Shown: positions 1 through 12,566 of the stretch, piece after piece
Numbering within the stretch: the stretch's first letter is position 1
How the letters are laid out: each line of letters begins with the position of its first letter
Notes under the pieces: generated by a model
The model's input: only the letters and a program-made list of their open reading frames with translations
Databases searched by the model: none
What the model was told of the DNA's origin: nothing
DNA from: Lingula anatina
Taxonomy: Eukaryota; Animalia; Brachiopoda
Length of the DNA: 64,000 nucleotides
NCBI GenBank assembly: GCA_051362555.1
Contig: CM120642.1
Location: 5,146,001 to 5,210,000, forward strand
Reading direction: 5' to 3'
Translations under genes and position numbers: made by a program

Positions 1-32
1 TAATCTCATAGGTTGATTGATTACTTTTCCAG

Positions 33-1493
33 GACCTTCACAATGAAATCGAGGAACTGCGTGAAGATTTGTTGCAGGCAGAGATTATCATAAAGACTCT
101 GAGAGAAAAGTTAAGAAAACAGAAACATGGAACGCAACAACTCGTTGTCGCCTGGAAAACAAAGCTTCGAGATCTAGAACGCGAAACGAAGCAAAAAGAA
201 CAAATGCGCGAAAAACAATTACAAAATATAACGTCCAGTCTTTATTATTTGGAAGGACAGCTAAGGAAAGAGAAAAAAGAAATTGAGCTTTTATTGCAAG
301 AAAAGGATAGGACTATCGAAAACCAAAGGCAGACGATTGAAAAATTAAAGCAAGAATGCGACACGAACCAAACTGCTTTGCAATGGAAAGAAAGCCAGGG
401 TAAATATAATAATAATGAGAGAGAGCGGGAAATATTTAGCCGACGTAAGGAAAATGATTCTCCTGCAATGAAAATTAGGCCAAGCTATGCAAGGGAAACA
501 AGCTTGGAGAACAAAACTGAAAAGGCCAAGCTGCCGGGTTCTTCCACCAAAACACCCGTTCCTTTAAGTGGGAAAGATGTTAGCTGGCAGGCCACCGAGA
601 TGCAGCAAAAAACAGCGATGTTCCAAGCAGCAGATCACGATTATTCACATCAAAATGTACGCGGAGATACCTGGTTGGAAAAACCGTACGATGAAAGACG
701 CCAATATGGCCATTATGACCATTATCAGGAGACATTCCACCAAAATGTGGGCGTACAAAAAGAGAATCAGTCTCCAAAAGAATCAAAATACTTGAAGGAA
801 CATCCTGCAAAAATTTCAAGAGAGAGTCCAAGATTTCAGATTCCTTCTTCTGAGAACACACGTGATCCTTCTGGCAAGAGACGGGGAGAAATTAAAGAGT
901 GTTACACCACCAACAGAAGCAATGCCAAGCAATATGCGCGCAGCTCACAAGACATGAACTATCATTTAGCAAAAGATTATGGTCTGAACCTTGAACATCG
1001 CGATATCTCATCGCAGAGCTGCAGTTCCCCGAAGGTGCGGGTAAGCGAGAGTCCGACGTCTCCACCAAGTCCACATCCGCCCTGGGGTGCGGTGTCCGTT
1101 AATCCGGCGCCCAGTAATCCGATACCACGGAGAACGGTTTCTGGGACTTTTCCAGGGCTCGACCCACGGATGTCGCCTCTACAGGTCTACAACAGAGACG
1201 GTTCACCAAGGTGGTCTCATCAAAGTACCCAGTCTTCATCAGTCTATTACGATGACAATGATACCAGTAGCTCCTCAAATAGCAGTTACGAGAATGTGTT
1301 CTCGTCCCCTGGGGTCTATGACCCAGTGTATTCATGGAACGACCAGGACGGTGAGGAGGGAGAGAAAGAAGGAGCTGCGTGGAAGAGAAAAGCTGCGTCC
1401 TTGCCCGCGCACCCGACCGGAGCGTTAGAGAGAAAAGGGACACCTGCCCACAGAACAGCGTCTTGTTATTCACAGGGGTATGAGCAAAAATGA
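33..1493 (+). CDS. Last coding exon of an uncharacterised coiled-coil protein (N-terminal heptad region, Ser/Pro-rich disordered tail); upstream exons lie outside the window
   Basis: Acceptor ttttccag at 25-32 opens in frame with ORF 69..1493; heptad-like LQNITSSLYYLEGQLRKEKKEIELLLQEKDRTIENQRQTIEKLK; stop at 1491-1493. Confidence 0.75.
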   Translation, partial: DLHNEIEELREDLLQAEIIIKTLREKLRKQKHGTQQLVVAWKTKLRDLERETKQKEQMREKQLQNITSSLYYLEGQLRKEKKEIELLLQEKDRTIENQRQTIEKLKQECDTNQTALQWKESQGKYNNNEREREIFSRRKENDSPAMKIRPSYARETSLENKTEKAKLPGSSTKTPVPLSGKDVSWQATEMQQKTAMFQAADHDYSHQNVRGDTWLEKPYDERRQYGHYDHYQETFHQNVGVQKENQSPKESKYLKEHPAKISRESPRFQIPSSENTRDPSGKRRGEIKECYTTNRSNAKQYARSSQDMNYHLAKDYGLNLEHRDISSQSCSSPKVRVSESPTSPPSPHPPWGAVSVNPAPSNPIPRRTVSGTFPGLDPRMSPLQVYNRDGSPRWSHQSTQSSSVYYDDNDTSSSSNSSYENVFSSPGVYDPVYSWNDQDGEEGEKEGAAWKRKAASLPAHPTGALERKGTPAHRTASCYSQGYEQK

Positions 1494-1732
1494 ACTGTTC
1501 AGCATACCCGTTCTTCTATAAAATAATTAACAAGAAAATATACTGATAGAAGAAGGATCAACTGTAAATTGTCCAAAATGGTGGTTTGCATGAGAGAAAT
1601 TACCACAATCTACAAACGGTGCTGTACCCATATCTTCAGGGCTACTCTCTCGTTCCGCGTTTTAGTTGATCCCAAGGAAAGGTCACCTCACCTATTCGGT
1701 AGGCCAAGGAGTTGTATGCGACTAGTTGGGTA

Positions 1733-1903
1733 CCGGTGTAACGTGGCAGAGAGTCCCACATGAAAGAAAGTTTGCCTCTCATTCATTTGTACAGGTAGGC
1801 TTCGCTCTAGATTTTGACCCACTAAGGCCAGGCTAACCCTAACCATTATAACCAATGGAGGTAGGACTTTCTGTCACACGGACCCTCAGTTTCGTTAAAC
1901 CGG
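1733..1903. mobile_element. Short non-autonomous element with CCGG-bounded imperfect inverted ends and internal ctaaccctaac
   Basis: ccggtgtaacg ... cgttaaaccgg ends; gtggcagagagtcc / ggactttctgtcac inner inverted pair; related sequence at 6350-6571. Confidence 0.55.
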
Positions 1904-2294
1904 CTGCACTCCTACTATGTGTACGGCCTCGTTCAAGACATTATTTAAAAACACACACAATGTACGTTAGATCAATCTACAGAAAAACAATTACTGGAAT
2001 TTTTTATGGTTTTCTAGAGTAAGTTTACAAAAATCTTCAGGCCATTGACAAATTCACGATTTATTTCTCTGTGCGAAATCAAGATGGAGATTGAAGAACT
2101 TCTCTCGTGACGGTCAAAGGAAAAATTAATAGCTGAAAAACGGGTGTAAAATCGGAGTTTTGTCAACTGTTTTTGGTAGTGTACACCATGGTGTTAAAGG
2201 GAAAAAATCCAGTTTTCTTATTTGCAATGTATTGCCCATTGCCCGCCCGTATTCATTTCAGAATACTTTTAACAATGGCCATTTTAGGGTGCTT

Positions 2295-2755
2295 TCCCAG
2301 AGATTTAGATCGATCTAAATATTAAGTTTTAGATCGACCTAACTCCCTGGCGGTTCACGCTAAATTGCAGTCAGCCGAGCGGGCACCATAGTTAATTACC
2401 CCCTGACAGCTTTTAGTAGGCGGGACAGACGCTTAAGCCGGCCAAGCTGACAGTAATCTAGTGAGACTCCCCACAGGGATAGATCAATCTAAAAATCAAT
2501 GGAAATGGGGTGTTAGGGACCATTCTCACAGATATTTGGATCGATCTATCTCCCTGGGGAGTCTCACTAAATTGTTATCAACTTAACAGGCTTAAATGGC
2601 TTAAATGTCTGTCACGCACAGTAAAGCTATAAAGCGGTAATTATCTTTACCCCCTAGCTGATTCGGTAGGCGTGGCAGACATTTAAGCCGGTTAGTTGAT
2701 AGCAATTTAGTGAGACTCCCCAGAGAGTTAGACCGATCTAGATGGATCGATCTGG
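2295..2755. repeat. Two tandem fold-back (MITE-like) units delimited by TAGATCGATCTA-like palindromes
   Basis: gatcgatctatctccctggggagtctcactaaattgttatcaact (~2539-2583) is the near reverse complement of agttgatagcaatttagtgagactccccagagagttagaccgatc (~2694-2738); a similar, more diverged unit spans ~2330-2492. Confidence 0.65.
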
Positions 2756-4353
2756 GCAAGGGAATCCAGTCTTAGCTACGGTCTGATGTGGTAAGTGTTA
2801 ATTGCAGAATTCATTATGCCACCCACTATATCGTTAAATTATATAGTTTTTTTTTCTGGCCAAAATTCGCGCACGGTCTCTTAAAAGGTCATATAGATGA
2901 CGCTGTATACCCAATCTTCTCAACTGACCCGCTCCCCCCCACTGGAAATTTTTCTTCGCCTTGGTAAAGTTTTTTGTTGAATTATTCGTTTTGATTCTGC
3001 ACCAGTTGTGCATACCGTAATCAATGGTATGAGTAATACTATTGGCATTTACTGTACTTTGAAACAACATTTAATCACCCTGTTTCATGTCGTTTCGAAT
3101 TACGAAACAAGAAATTACATTTGCACGTGTGGCGAAGGGTTTGAAAAAATACAACAAAGAAAAATATATGCGTGTACAGACGCATGCCTGCATTTGCACA
3201 GGTGCACGAGTGTGGATGCACGAGGCGGAAATAAAACTGTTTTAATAAAATGCGACATAAAAGTGCAGTTAGTAAGCTCCTTAAATTGTTTAATAAAGTA
3301 AATGAAAAGTAGAAATAAATATTGGAAATGCAAGTTATGTGAAACATATGTATTTTCAAGAATCCAAAATTAGGATTGGACCCCACGAAAAGCCAATCCA
3401 ATGACCATTGCTCAGGGTCAACCAAAGAAATAAGCCATGTGTAGGGTAATAAGCAGTAACTGGCTGTCATTGAACAGTTGGCCCAATACCTGTGAATTTC
3501 AATATTTCATTCATTTTTACCTGACACCAGGCAGTAAACAGCGTTTGAAAAGCCAACGGCAATAATCTGAGTATAATGATATGTAAAATATGATACGTTA
3601 AGTGGCTGCAGAGCTTCTTGCCTTCATGTAATATATGAAGCCCATTGCGCTTAAATACCATTTGGCGCGTGTACACGAGCGTTGTGCAAAATCTATGGCA
3701 TATGTGGCCTTCTGAGTTGGCGTACACGGCTTAGTGTTGGCCTGATCCGAGAGATCCATGTTACCCAAGAGTAAGTATATACTTTTTATACCAAAACATT
3801 TGAAGGATCGATATACCTTTATCTGACGCTTTATCTTACGCACTCGTTATATACCTTACAAATGCAGATTGTTACAAAACTGATTAAAAGTGTCTTGGCC
3901 AATTTTCACACAAACTACGGAGACACGGTTTTAAATAAATATATCAGAAGAAATTAGTAATTCAATAAAAATCTCGGGACTTCTCAGCGCCATTCTACAA
4001 GCCAAAAAGCGGCTTTTGACAATTTAGCAGCTACATGTGTAGTGAATACCCTGACATTTTTTTTAGCAGTCTTCTAATTATATTGAATATTCTTGAGAAG
4101 GAACAGGTTAGCAGATTTTGGTTGTCTCAGATCATCCACGTTAGATATAATAGCCCTTGGTAACATTAAGGCCTCGCAATATCTTCTATGTTCGTGTAAC
4201 TGTTCTGTCGGCTGTAATCAACAACAACAAAATAATATAGGTCTTGAGAATGTATATCTGTAAACTTTTAAAAAAGATTTTGATATATACTGATAGTGGA
4301 CAAAATGCCCCACACTGGAACATAGTTCGACAAGAAAATGATAATTTCTTTAT

Positions 4354-5712
4354 TTAATTTTTCCATCTTTTAAATTCCATAATATCAGTCATAAGCGAGC
4401 AAAAACAGTCGTCCACAGTAAATCCTGCTGACCACGGTGAACGTTCGACTTCCAAAACTGAGTTGCTCCTTATTGTTCTAGGTTGTTCACAGAATTCTGT
4501 TATTTGGCCATTTAACTGTTTGAAATATTGCAGCTCAACATAGAAGTCATTATTCTGTTGTGCTATTTCTTTCATTAATTTGTTATTGAAATAATTGTAA
4601 AGAGCAAAGTCTACGCTATCAGAAGTCTTATGTCTGGTAATAAGCTCGCTGTCAACGAAGCTTTCCGCATTGTACTTTCCCGTAAGTTTCCTCCTATAAA
4701 CAATGTCTCTTAAATCCCAACACAGACGACGTCGAAGAAGAACTAGACTCTCGTCTGTTCTGTCCTGAATTGCTACAAAATCGTAATAGTTTGACAGGTT
4801 ATTCAAAAATGCTTTTAGATCTGTTCTATTTCTCCTTAAACCTTCGTGGTATGTCCCCATTTCTTGAGACATGCTGTTTCTCCGTATCCCAACAGGAAGC
4901 TTTAAGGATTGGCTCCATTTGTCATAATTGATGAGAAATTCTTTCAGATGGTTGTCACTAGAAAATGGTAAGGTTGATTCAAGTCTCCTTTGATAAAAAA
5001 AGAACGCAGATTTAAACTTAGAAAAGGGTTCTCTAACCAGACCCATTTTAAAAACGTCTTTGGGCAGTGCTTTTCGGAAGCGCGTTTCGTTAAAACCGCA
5101 ATGATGAGCCAAGATGTCGTATTTTTGGTTCGGTGCCAGATTAAAGGAAAATGGGACAACTCGGAGGTTGTTTAGGAAGGCATAGCGTAAGAAAATATTC
5201 GCAAGCGTCGTAGAACCACATTTGTGAACTTTGCGAAATAGAATGTGATTCTTTGGTGAACAGTTGAATGTGGCGTTTCTTCTTGGGAGACCGTCCCTCC
5301 ATGCTTCATACGCCTCCTCGTAGCGGGCCATCCGGCTGCTATCCTTTACTCTAAAAAGTGGTGTTTTACAGAAATAACCATAAGAAAATAATCACACAAT
5401 GCTCGTAATTCTGTGAACGGCTTTGGTTAACTTTGCATACCTTGATGATGCTAAAAAATTTGATGAAAGATCTTTTATATTTGCAAAACGTATGACATTT
5501 TAATTTATCATAAATACGTACCCTCTGCGGCAGATTTTTACATCTGATCGTGCAATTTCCCTTGCGTATGGACGAACAGTTTTTTCCATTTCAAAAGGTA
5601 CCACTCGTAGATTATTTGGTACTTTGAGTAGAACATATAACGTTAAAAAAATTACGGAATAGGCAAGAATTAAAGACCAAAATACAAGCCTCATACGTCT
5701 GTGCAGAGTCAT
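4354..5712 (-). CDS. Galactose-3-O-sulfotransferase-like protein, copy A (type II membrane; exons 5522-5712 and 4354-5350), intact
   Basis: 5'-PSB-like FRKVHKCGSTT, 3'-PB-like REPFSKFKSAFFFY, ESLVLLRRRLCW; exon 1 encodes an N-terminal TM anchor; phase-2 GT-AG intron joins in frame. Confidence 0.88.
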
Positions 5713-6349
5713 TTTCCTTTTGTTATTGACACACCTAATACAAATGCGTGTATCTTCAGCATCAGTTGCTCATAATTATCATTACTACCTGTAAACTCAT
5801 CGAACCTGCGCGTATCCAGCGTGACAGCTGCTTGCAAATGTGGTCGCAAAATTATTTATATTTTGACACTTGCTGTACAGGAATTAAATTTATTCATCTG
5901 AAAAGTCAAATGTATTCAGTTTCATCTTGTTTTTCTTTGAAAAGGTCAATAAAGGCATCACCGAATTTCTTTTGAAACCGGCCGAATTACAGGGGAGGCT
6001 ATTTTGAGGGGCTGTACAATAAATCAAAAATATTTTCTGGTCATTTGTTCCTTTTTTTCAGGAACACTTTGTTCACATTAGAGGCTGACGAGAGAAGCAG
6101 AGCCGGATATTTGGTCCAAGTGTAGATCGCGGCCCATCGAAATTACAGGAGAAAAAAACACCAGTGACACCAATATCCGGTTTACAACACTGTTTCTGTA
6201 TCAATATGCACGTTGCTTTATTCTCGGCTCATAACTAGAGTTGATTCAACTGTAGTCTAGTGTGCTAGTGAGGTATTGCGTTTTATCCAGCATTCAGTTG
6301 CTCATATTAGAACGTATCTTTGCAAGGTATCAAACATGCTCGACAATAG

Positions 6350-6571
6350 CCGGTGTAACGTAACAGAGAGTCTAAATTGAGGGCGGACCTCGTTTCGTTA
6401 TACCGGTGTATCAGGAATGCAAGTCGCTAGGAACCGTAGTCCGCTTCCCATTACTTTGTACAGGTGACATTCATCCCATATACTAACCCCAATACTCCAA
6501 CTAACCCTAACATGTACTAATCACACCGGAGCCCGGAATTCATTCCTGGACTTGCATTCATTCAACACCGG
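6350..6571. mobile_element. Two abutting CCGG-bounded short elements (6350-6406 internally deleted; 6403-6571 with TIRs and ctaaccctaac core)
   Basis: 6350-6406 matches both ends of 1733-1903; ccggtgtatcaggaatgcaagtc / gacttgcattcattcaacaccgg form imperfect TIRs. Confidence 0.55.
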
Positions 6572-7084
6572 CACTAAATTATCATTTTCATATGCATCAC
6601 TTTCAAGGTATCAATTCGTTTGTCACGCTAATCTGCTGTCGTTTGTTGCAAATGATTAATTAAATATATCAATATCTCGAAACGTGACATTATTTATGCC
6701 TTGATCTGTATTTGTAACAACATGCAGCGAACGACATCTATCTTAGAATAGGAGTACTCCTTAGCACCGAAAGAGGAAGAACTGTGCCTCATAATGGGCC
6801 CGAAAACTTCATTGCCGTCAAATACATGCTTGGAAGCATGCCAGGTTTTCTGTTAAAGCGAGAGCGAGATATTGTTTTTGTGTTTGATTTCGGCAGAAAG
6901 TTCGGAAGAGATTAGCTAAAGACCTTGTTGTGAAAACTGCCGAAAACTTTCCTTATGAAAGCCGAACCAATCTAGCGTTCCTCAGAGAGGAAGTTTTGAT
7001 AGATTGTCTGTTGACTGCATATCATCCTTCCAGTTACATGCCAAAATACGCGTGGAAATAGAATTTGTCTTCATTCATAAACAA

Positions 7085-7730
7085 TTTAACTGGGAGCATT
7101 TCCAGTGCCTGACATAACAGCACTTAACATTGCAAGGCTGCAATTTGATGAAATAATATGTAGGCGTACGGTGCCCAAATCACTATTAAGTTTTAGAGGT
7201 ACTAATTTCCTCTCAGATAAAGTAATGGAATTATGTACATACTGTATGAGTACGCAGGTATGTAAAAAATTCAAAGCAGTTTATATCATCCAATTACAAA
7301 TGGTCAATAAGAGTAATTAAACTGTATGATCATGAAATTTTTGTCAAATTATGTCCCAGAGAATCAAAAAAGATTGGGATTCGTTTGTAAATTCAGCTTT
7401 AATTGTGAACCGAATGCTAGTTTTATGACAAGCCCATTATTTTTATACGCAAAGAGGCAAGATTATCAATTGATGTAGCCTTTCCGCCCCCTGTAAAAAA
7501 CCTCCGTCAATGAACTACCACACTCAATATATGATTAAAAAATTGAGCGTTGCTAAAGAGATTGCCCACGAAAATAAAAGACGACAAAGGAGAGAATACA
7601 CAACTGTACGATCGAAAATCTGAGAACGTGAAATGTCAAGTAGGCGATAGTGTATTTGTTTACAATCCAACAGTACCAAGAGGATGTACCAAACAGTTGG
7701 CACGACTTTCCCATGGTCCATTCATGGTCC
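7085..7730 (+). mobile_element. Degenerate Gypsy-type LTR retrotransposon integrase remnant
   Basis: Interrupted peptides AFPVPDITA..PKSLLSFRGTNF (cf. P..I.SD.G.NF), YHPITNGQ*E*LN...NQK.DWD, VGDSVFVY...HGPF (GPY/F-like); multiple stops and frameshifts. Confidence 0.75.
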
Positions 7731-9436
7731 AAACGCAAATGTTGAGTGTTACAATGCCGGAAAAAGCGAACGAATTTGCATGTGAAGTTACATATACTTT
7801 TTACTCGATAAATTGCCACATTGAAATTTTCATTTTCTGGCAATGAACTTCTTGAAATGATCTTGTATGGATTTTATACTGTTAAATTGGCGATAAAAGG
7901 TATACACGAAGTTAAGATTGGTTCAACGATTATATGAATATACTATATACGGTATTAAGATTGAGGTTAATCAACCAGGAATTATACGAGACATTCACAT
8001 TGGACAACGATGGACATACAAGAAACAGTGAACAGTTATCCATATGTGCGCCAACGTACGAGGACAGTACATTATCCATTACATACAGACAATTAAATGA
8101 CAATCGCATTGATTCACTGGATGAAAGGAATCCTGTGACATTACATGCAATTGAACTCTCATTCTACATATCGAAATGGAGGATATCATCCGCTATAATA
8201 AATGGATTGCTATTCATTTTGTGTCATAATTTATGGTGCCGGGTATTAATGACATATTAAATTTGTACGTTTATAATGGCTATTCGATACGTAATACACA
8301 AACTTGACATTTAATATTTTTTACCATATTTTATTTTTACCATATTTATTTTTACCATATTATTTTTTCGATTTTTCCCTATTTTCTTACTGATAAATAA
8401 AAGCAAGGATTTAAATCGTGTTTAAATAACTTTAAACTCTATTAAATCTAATTATGACAACTGTTCTTCTACTGAATTCACCTGCTTATGCAAACATAAT
8501 ATGACTGATTCTTAGCCATACAACAACCATTAAAAGGGTTACTTCGATCTCCATTTTTTCCTAAATAAGTTAGTTTCAAAGATCAAAGAGTTATACGCTC
8601 CATTAAGGACGCTCATAGTGTCTGGTCACAGCAACGGTCAGTGGTGTGTCTGGCCTTATCTGGCTGCTACCTGGGCTATCAAGTGGCAAGCTATTCCTTC
8701 TTGGAGTTTCATCTAGAATTACATTCCAGGCATCGGTTAGAGTTTGTCCAATTTGGGTCGCTTCTTTGGGGGACCAGTAGGCAGTTGATTGGGTGAGTAA
8801 TGACTACCCACAGGTTGTCTTTATCTTCATATCTGTCGAGGTGGCCGCGGTAGCCTCTCAGATCCTTGGTTCTGCTAGTAATCTGCAAATGCAGTTGCTC
8901 TGTGTGGGCGGATACTTTTAGCCTGTAAATTAAAATTGTTCCTCTGGTGCCCATTTCCATATGGGAGGCAACTGGTTTCCAGAATATAACTGTATTAAAA
9001 CGGGTACGGGTTTACTCCCACCACCGCCAATCGCTTTCGGAGCGACACACGCCTAGCCCTAGGCCTATTCGGGATGTCTCTGAACTGTAATTTGACCACC
9101 TTGGCGGTGCAGATGAAATCTTATCTCATAAGTGAGACCCAAAGGGTTATGTCTGGAAACGGTTCCAACTCATTTCAGAAATAGACGACGATTTGTGCTG
9201 TTCACAGAGGGTTCCTTAGAGGTCGTCTGGTATAGTAACCTGCTAAAACCAGTGTAGGGCCTTGAAATATACTTTCTGCCTGAAGTTGTAGCAGCGTGAT
9301 GATAAGTAAAGTAGGTCCAGTTACTTGGTGGTAAGTTCTGGATACCTTGGACGTGGCCTCAGAGCATATCTCTTTAAGACTGTGCGGAACATTCCTTGCG
9401 ACACAATAACCTGTCTGGCAATGTCTATCTATTTTG

Positions 9437-10222
9437 CGAAAAATCAGATTTTTATTAACCGCAAACATCCAAAAGGAGGGTATTTTTAAATGATTGAAGA
9501 AGGACGGATGGTATACCTTTGTTCTACATGTATGATGCGGGAAAGAAATTACCATCATAAACAGAGGCCAGTAAAGCAGTTGACAAGGAAACATGTATTT
9601 CTCGATCGCCAAGAATATCTTCCCTCTCTTGAGAAGAACATTCCCAACAGTATAATATTGGATGATAATACGTATATTCAGAGAAATAATGAAACAGTAC
9701 CACAGAGTGAAGTAAATGAATAGTAAATGGTGGATGGATGGTACATGCATATCACAGTGAAGATGTTCAATCGTAACGTGACAAAAATGTTTATGATATA
9801 AGTTATACATACTAAAAATATTCTTCGACATATAAGAGTTACATTATAAGCATTTTCCTATGACGTGGGTTAATTATATCATAAACGTTCTTTGTCATGT
9901 TTAAATTGAACTCCTGCACTTTCATATATAATCCAACTCTATTCTTGCACTTCATAGACTGGCAAAACTTCATTGTTTCCTGAATGTATTGTTATCCTAC
10001 ATTATTTTGTTGGAAATGTTCTACTCAAAGAGAGGAAATATGTTCTTGGAGATCCAGACATTGGGTATTTCTTTGGCAACTTATTTGCTGGCCTTAGTTT
10101 ATGATAGTGATTTTTTACCCCGCCTCATACATGCAGGTCAAAGATATATCGTCCACCCCTTCTTTAATAATTAAAAAATACTTGCCTTTTGGTTGTTTGA
10201 GGTAAGTATAATTCAGATTCTT
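9437..10222. repeat. Old fold-back element with ~270-bp diverged inverted arms
   Basis: ~9440-9695 is reverse-complementary to ~9968-10222 (e.g. ctctcttgagaagaacattcccaaca vs tgttggaaatgttctactcaaagagag). Confidence 0.65.
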
Positions 10223-10825
10223 CCTAGCTTATTATTGACATCCAACAGATGTTGAGAGGTCTTATCACTCCCCATTTTGACTGACTTAATCGATTGAGGT
10301 GGTTCATTATCTCCATCATCAGCTCTTCAGTCTTACCAGTACTTTAGTCTAACTTGACAGTAAACTGTAAGCTTGAATGATACCTGAACTCACTCTGAAA
10401 CGTACCAGTCGCACTACTTACAAAAAATGGATTCTTCAACCCCTATTACACAAGAAAAGCCATATGGCTCACTCTACCAATAATTGCTTTCGATAATACT
10501 CTAGGTATGCCGTTTTGTGTGCCATTTGAAATTGTCAATTTGCCGAATAAATAGGAATAAATACTTGTCAGCTTCAACTTTAGCATCAAATTTTGCCTCA
10601 GAAAGCACCTGTTAATTTTTCCTCATAATTACCCTACCCTAATCATAACTTCTTACGTTATAATCGTTATAATATTTAGGAAAAAAGGAATCAAGTAAAT
10701 AAATGAGTCTTGGGTTTTGTTTAAGAATTCGATATAATTGATGGTCATTTAAGGTCTCACTTAGTTCATGAAAATCTTCAAGATAAAGCTAGCAAAGACA
10801 ATGATTATACACCAAGCGTATTTCT

Positions 10826-12566
10826 TTATTTTTCCACATTCATGTAATGTTTAAATTGTATAATATCAAGCATGAGTGAGCAAAAACAATCATCCACAGT
10901 AAATCCTGCCGACCACGGTGAAGGTTCAACTTCCAAAATTGAAGTGCCCCTTACAGGTTTAGGTCGGGCACAGAATTTTGTTATTTGTCCATTCAACTCT
11001 TTGAAATATTTTAACTCCACATAAAAGTCATTTCCCTGTTTTGCTATTTCTTTCATTAATTTGTTCTTGAAATAATTGTAAAGAGCAAAGTCTACGCTAT
11101 CAGAAGTCTTATGTCTGGCAATAAGCTCGCTGTCAACGAAGCTCTCCACATTGTATTTTCCCGTAAGTTTTCTCCTATAGATAATGTCTCTTAAATCCCA
11201 ACACAGGCGACGTCGAAGTAAAACGAGACCCTCGTCTGTTTTGTCCAGAATTACTACAAAATCGTAATACTTTGCCAGCTTATTCAAAAACGCTTTCAGA
11301 TTTGTTTTATTGTCCCTTAAACTTTCGTGATACATCCCCATTTCTTGAGACATGCTGTTTCTTTTCATCCCAACAGGAATCTGAAAGGATTTGCTCCATT
11401 TGTCGTAATTGCTAAGAAATTCTTTCATGTGGTTGTCACTAGAAAACGGTAAGGTTGATTCAAGTGTCCTTTGATAATAAAAGAACGCAGATTTAAACTT
11501 AGAAAAGGGTTCTCTAACCAGACCAATCTTAAAAACGTCCTTAGGCATCGTCTTTCTGAAATGGGTTTCGTTAAAACCGCAGTGATGAGCCATGATGTCG
11601 TATTTCTTACCAGCAGACAATTTAGAGTCAAATGGGACAACTCGGAGTTTATTCATGAAAGCATAGCGTAAGAAAATATTTGCATACGTCGTAGACCCAC
11701 ATTTGTGAACTTTGCGAAATAGAATGTGGTTCTTTGGCGTGCAGTTGAATGTAGCTTTTCTTCTTGGGAGTTTGGCCCTCCATGCTTTATATGCCTGCTC
11801 GTAAGTTACCAACTGGCTGCTCAACATTGATCTTAAAAGAGTTGATTTAACGTAGTTACCCATAATGATAAAGTGAGCGTTCTCCCATACCGGGGGAACA
11901 ATTTAAAAAACTATATGTTTGTTATACCTACAATTTAAAGCAAAAACTGCCATGTAGCTTATTGATTTTCCAGAGACTGAGAAATGAAGAATAATTTTGA
12001 ATATTTGTTGAAGACATTTTGGAACTGTATAAAATTAACCAAGAGCGTTTTAAATTGCTTCTGTCTTCTACTCCTTGGCCTGAAACCCAGCCATGTCACT
12101 AAGGAGGGTGAGGAGCTACTGATAATTGAACTTTAAGTGATAAAGGGATGAAGAAAACACATAACTTTTCTGCACAATTTAACGTGAACTGAAATTCTGA
12201 CGCACCCATTTTCGATCTCCTACAGGTGCCAATAGATTCAGTTATATCCATTCTTTACTAAGGTAAGTCACGGCACCTTCAAGCCAGCGGTTGTGGTGGT
12301 GTAAGAAAATAAGACGAAAAGGATCACTTATTTTTTGCAAAACGTATGACATTTTAATCTAACATGAATACGTACCCACTGCGGCAGATTTTCACATCTG
12401 ATCGTGCAATTTCCCTTGCGTGTGTACGAACAGTTTTTTCCATTTCAAAAGATACCACTCGCAGATTATTTGGCAGTTTGAGCAGAATATATAACGTTAG
12501 AAAAATGACCAAATAGGCAAGAATTAAAGACCAAAACACAAGTTTCATGCGTTTGTGCAGAGACAT
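10826..12566 (-). CDS. Galactose-3-O-sulfotransferase-like protein, copy B (exons 12376-12566 and 10826-11831), intact
   Basis: Same PAPS-binding motifs; 191-nt TM exon; gg|gtacgt donor and ttttaag acceptor in frame. Confidence 0.88.

Noticed and set aside
9202-9831. 209-aa minus-strand ORF
   Set aside because: Overlaps a fold-back repeat arm; no recognisable domain or splice context
11832-11863. ATG-initiated single-exon starts of the sulfotransferase ORFs (MGNYVK..., MRKYPV...)
   Set aside because: These are intron read-through; the real N-termini with TM anchors are in upstream exons with good splice sites
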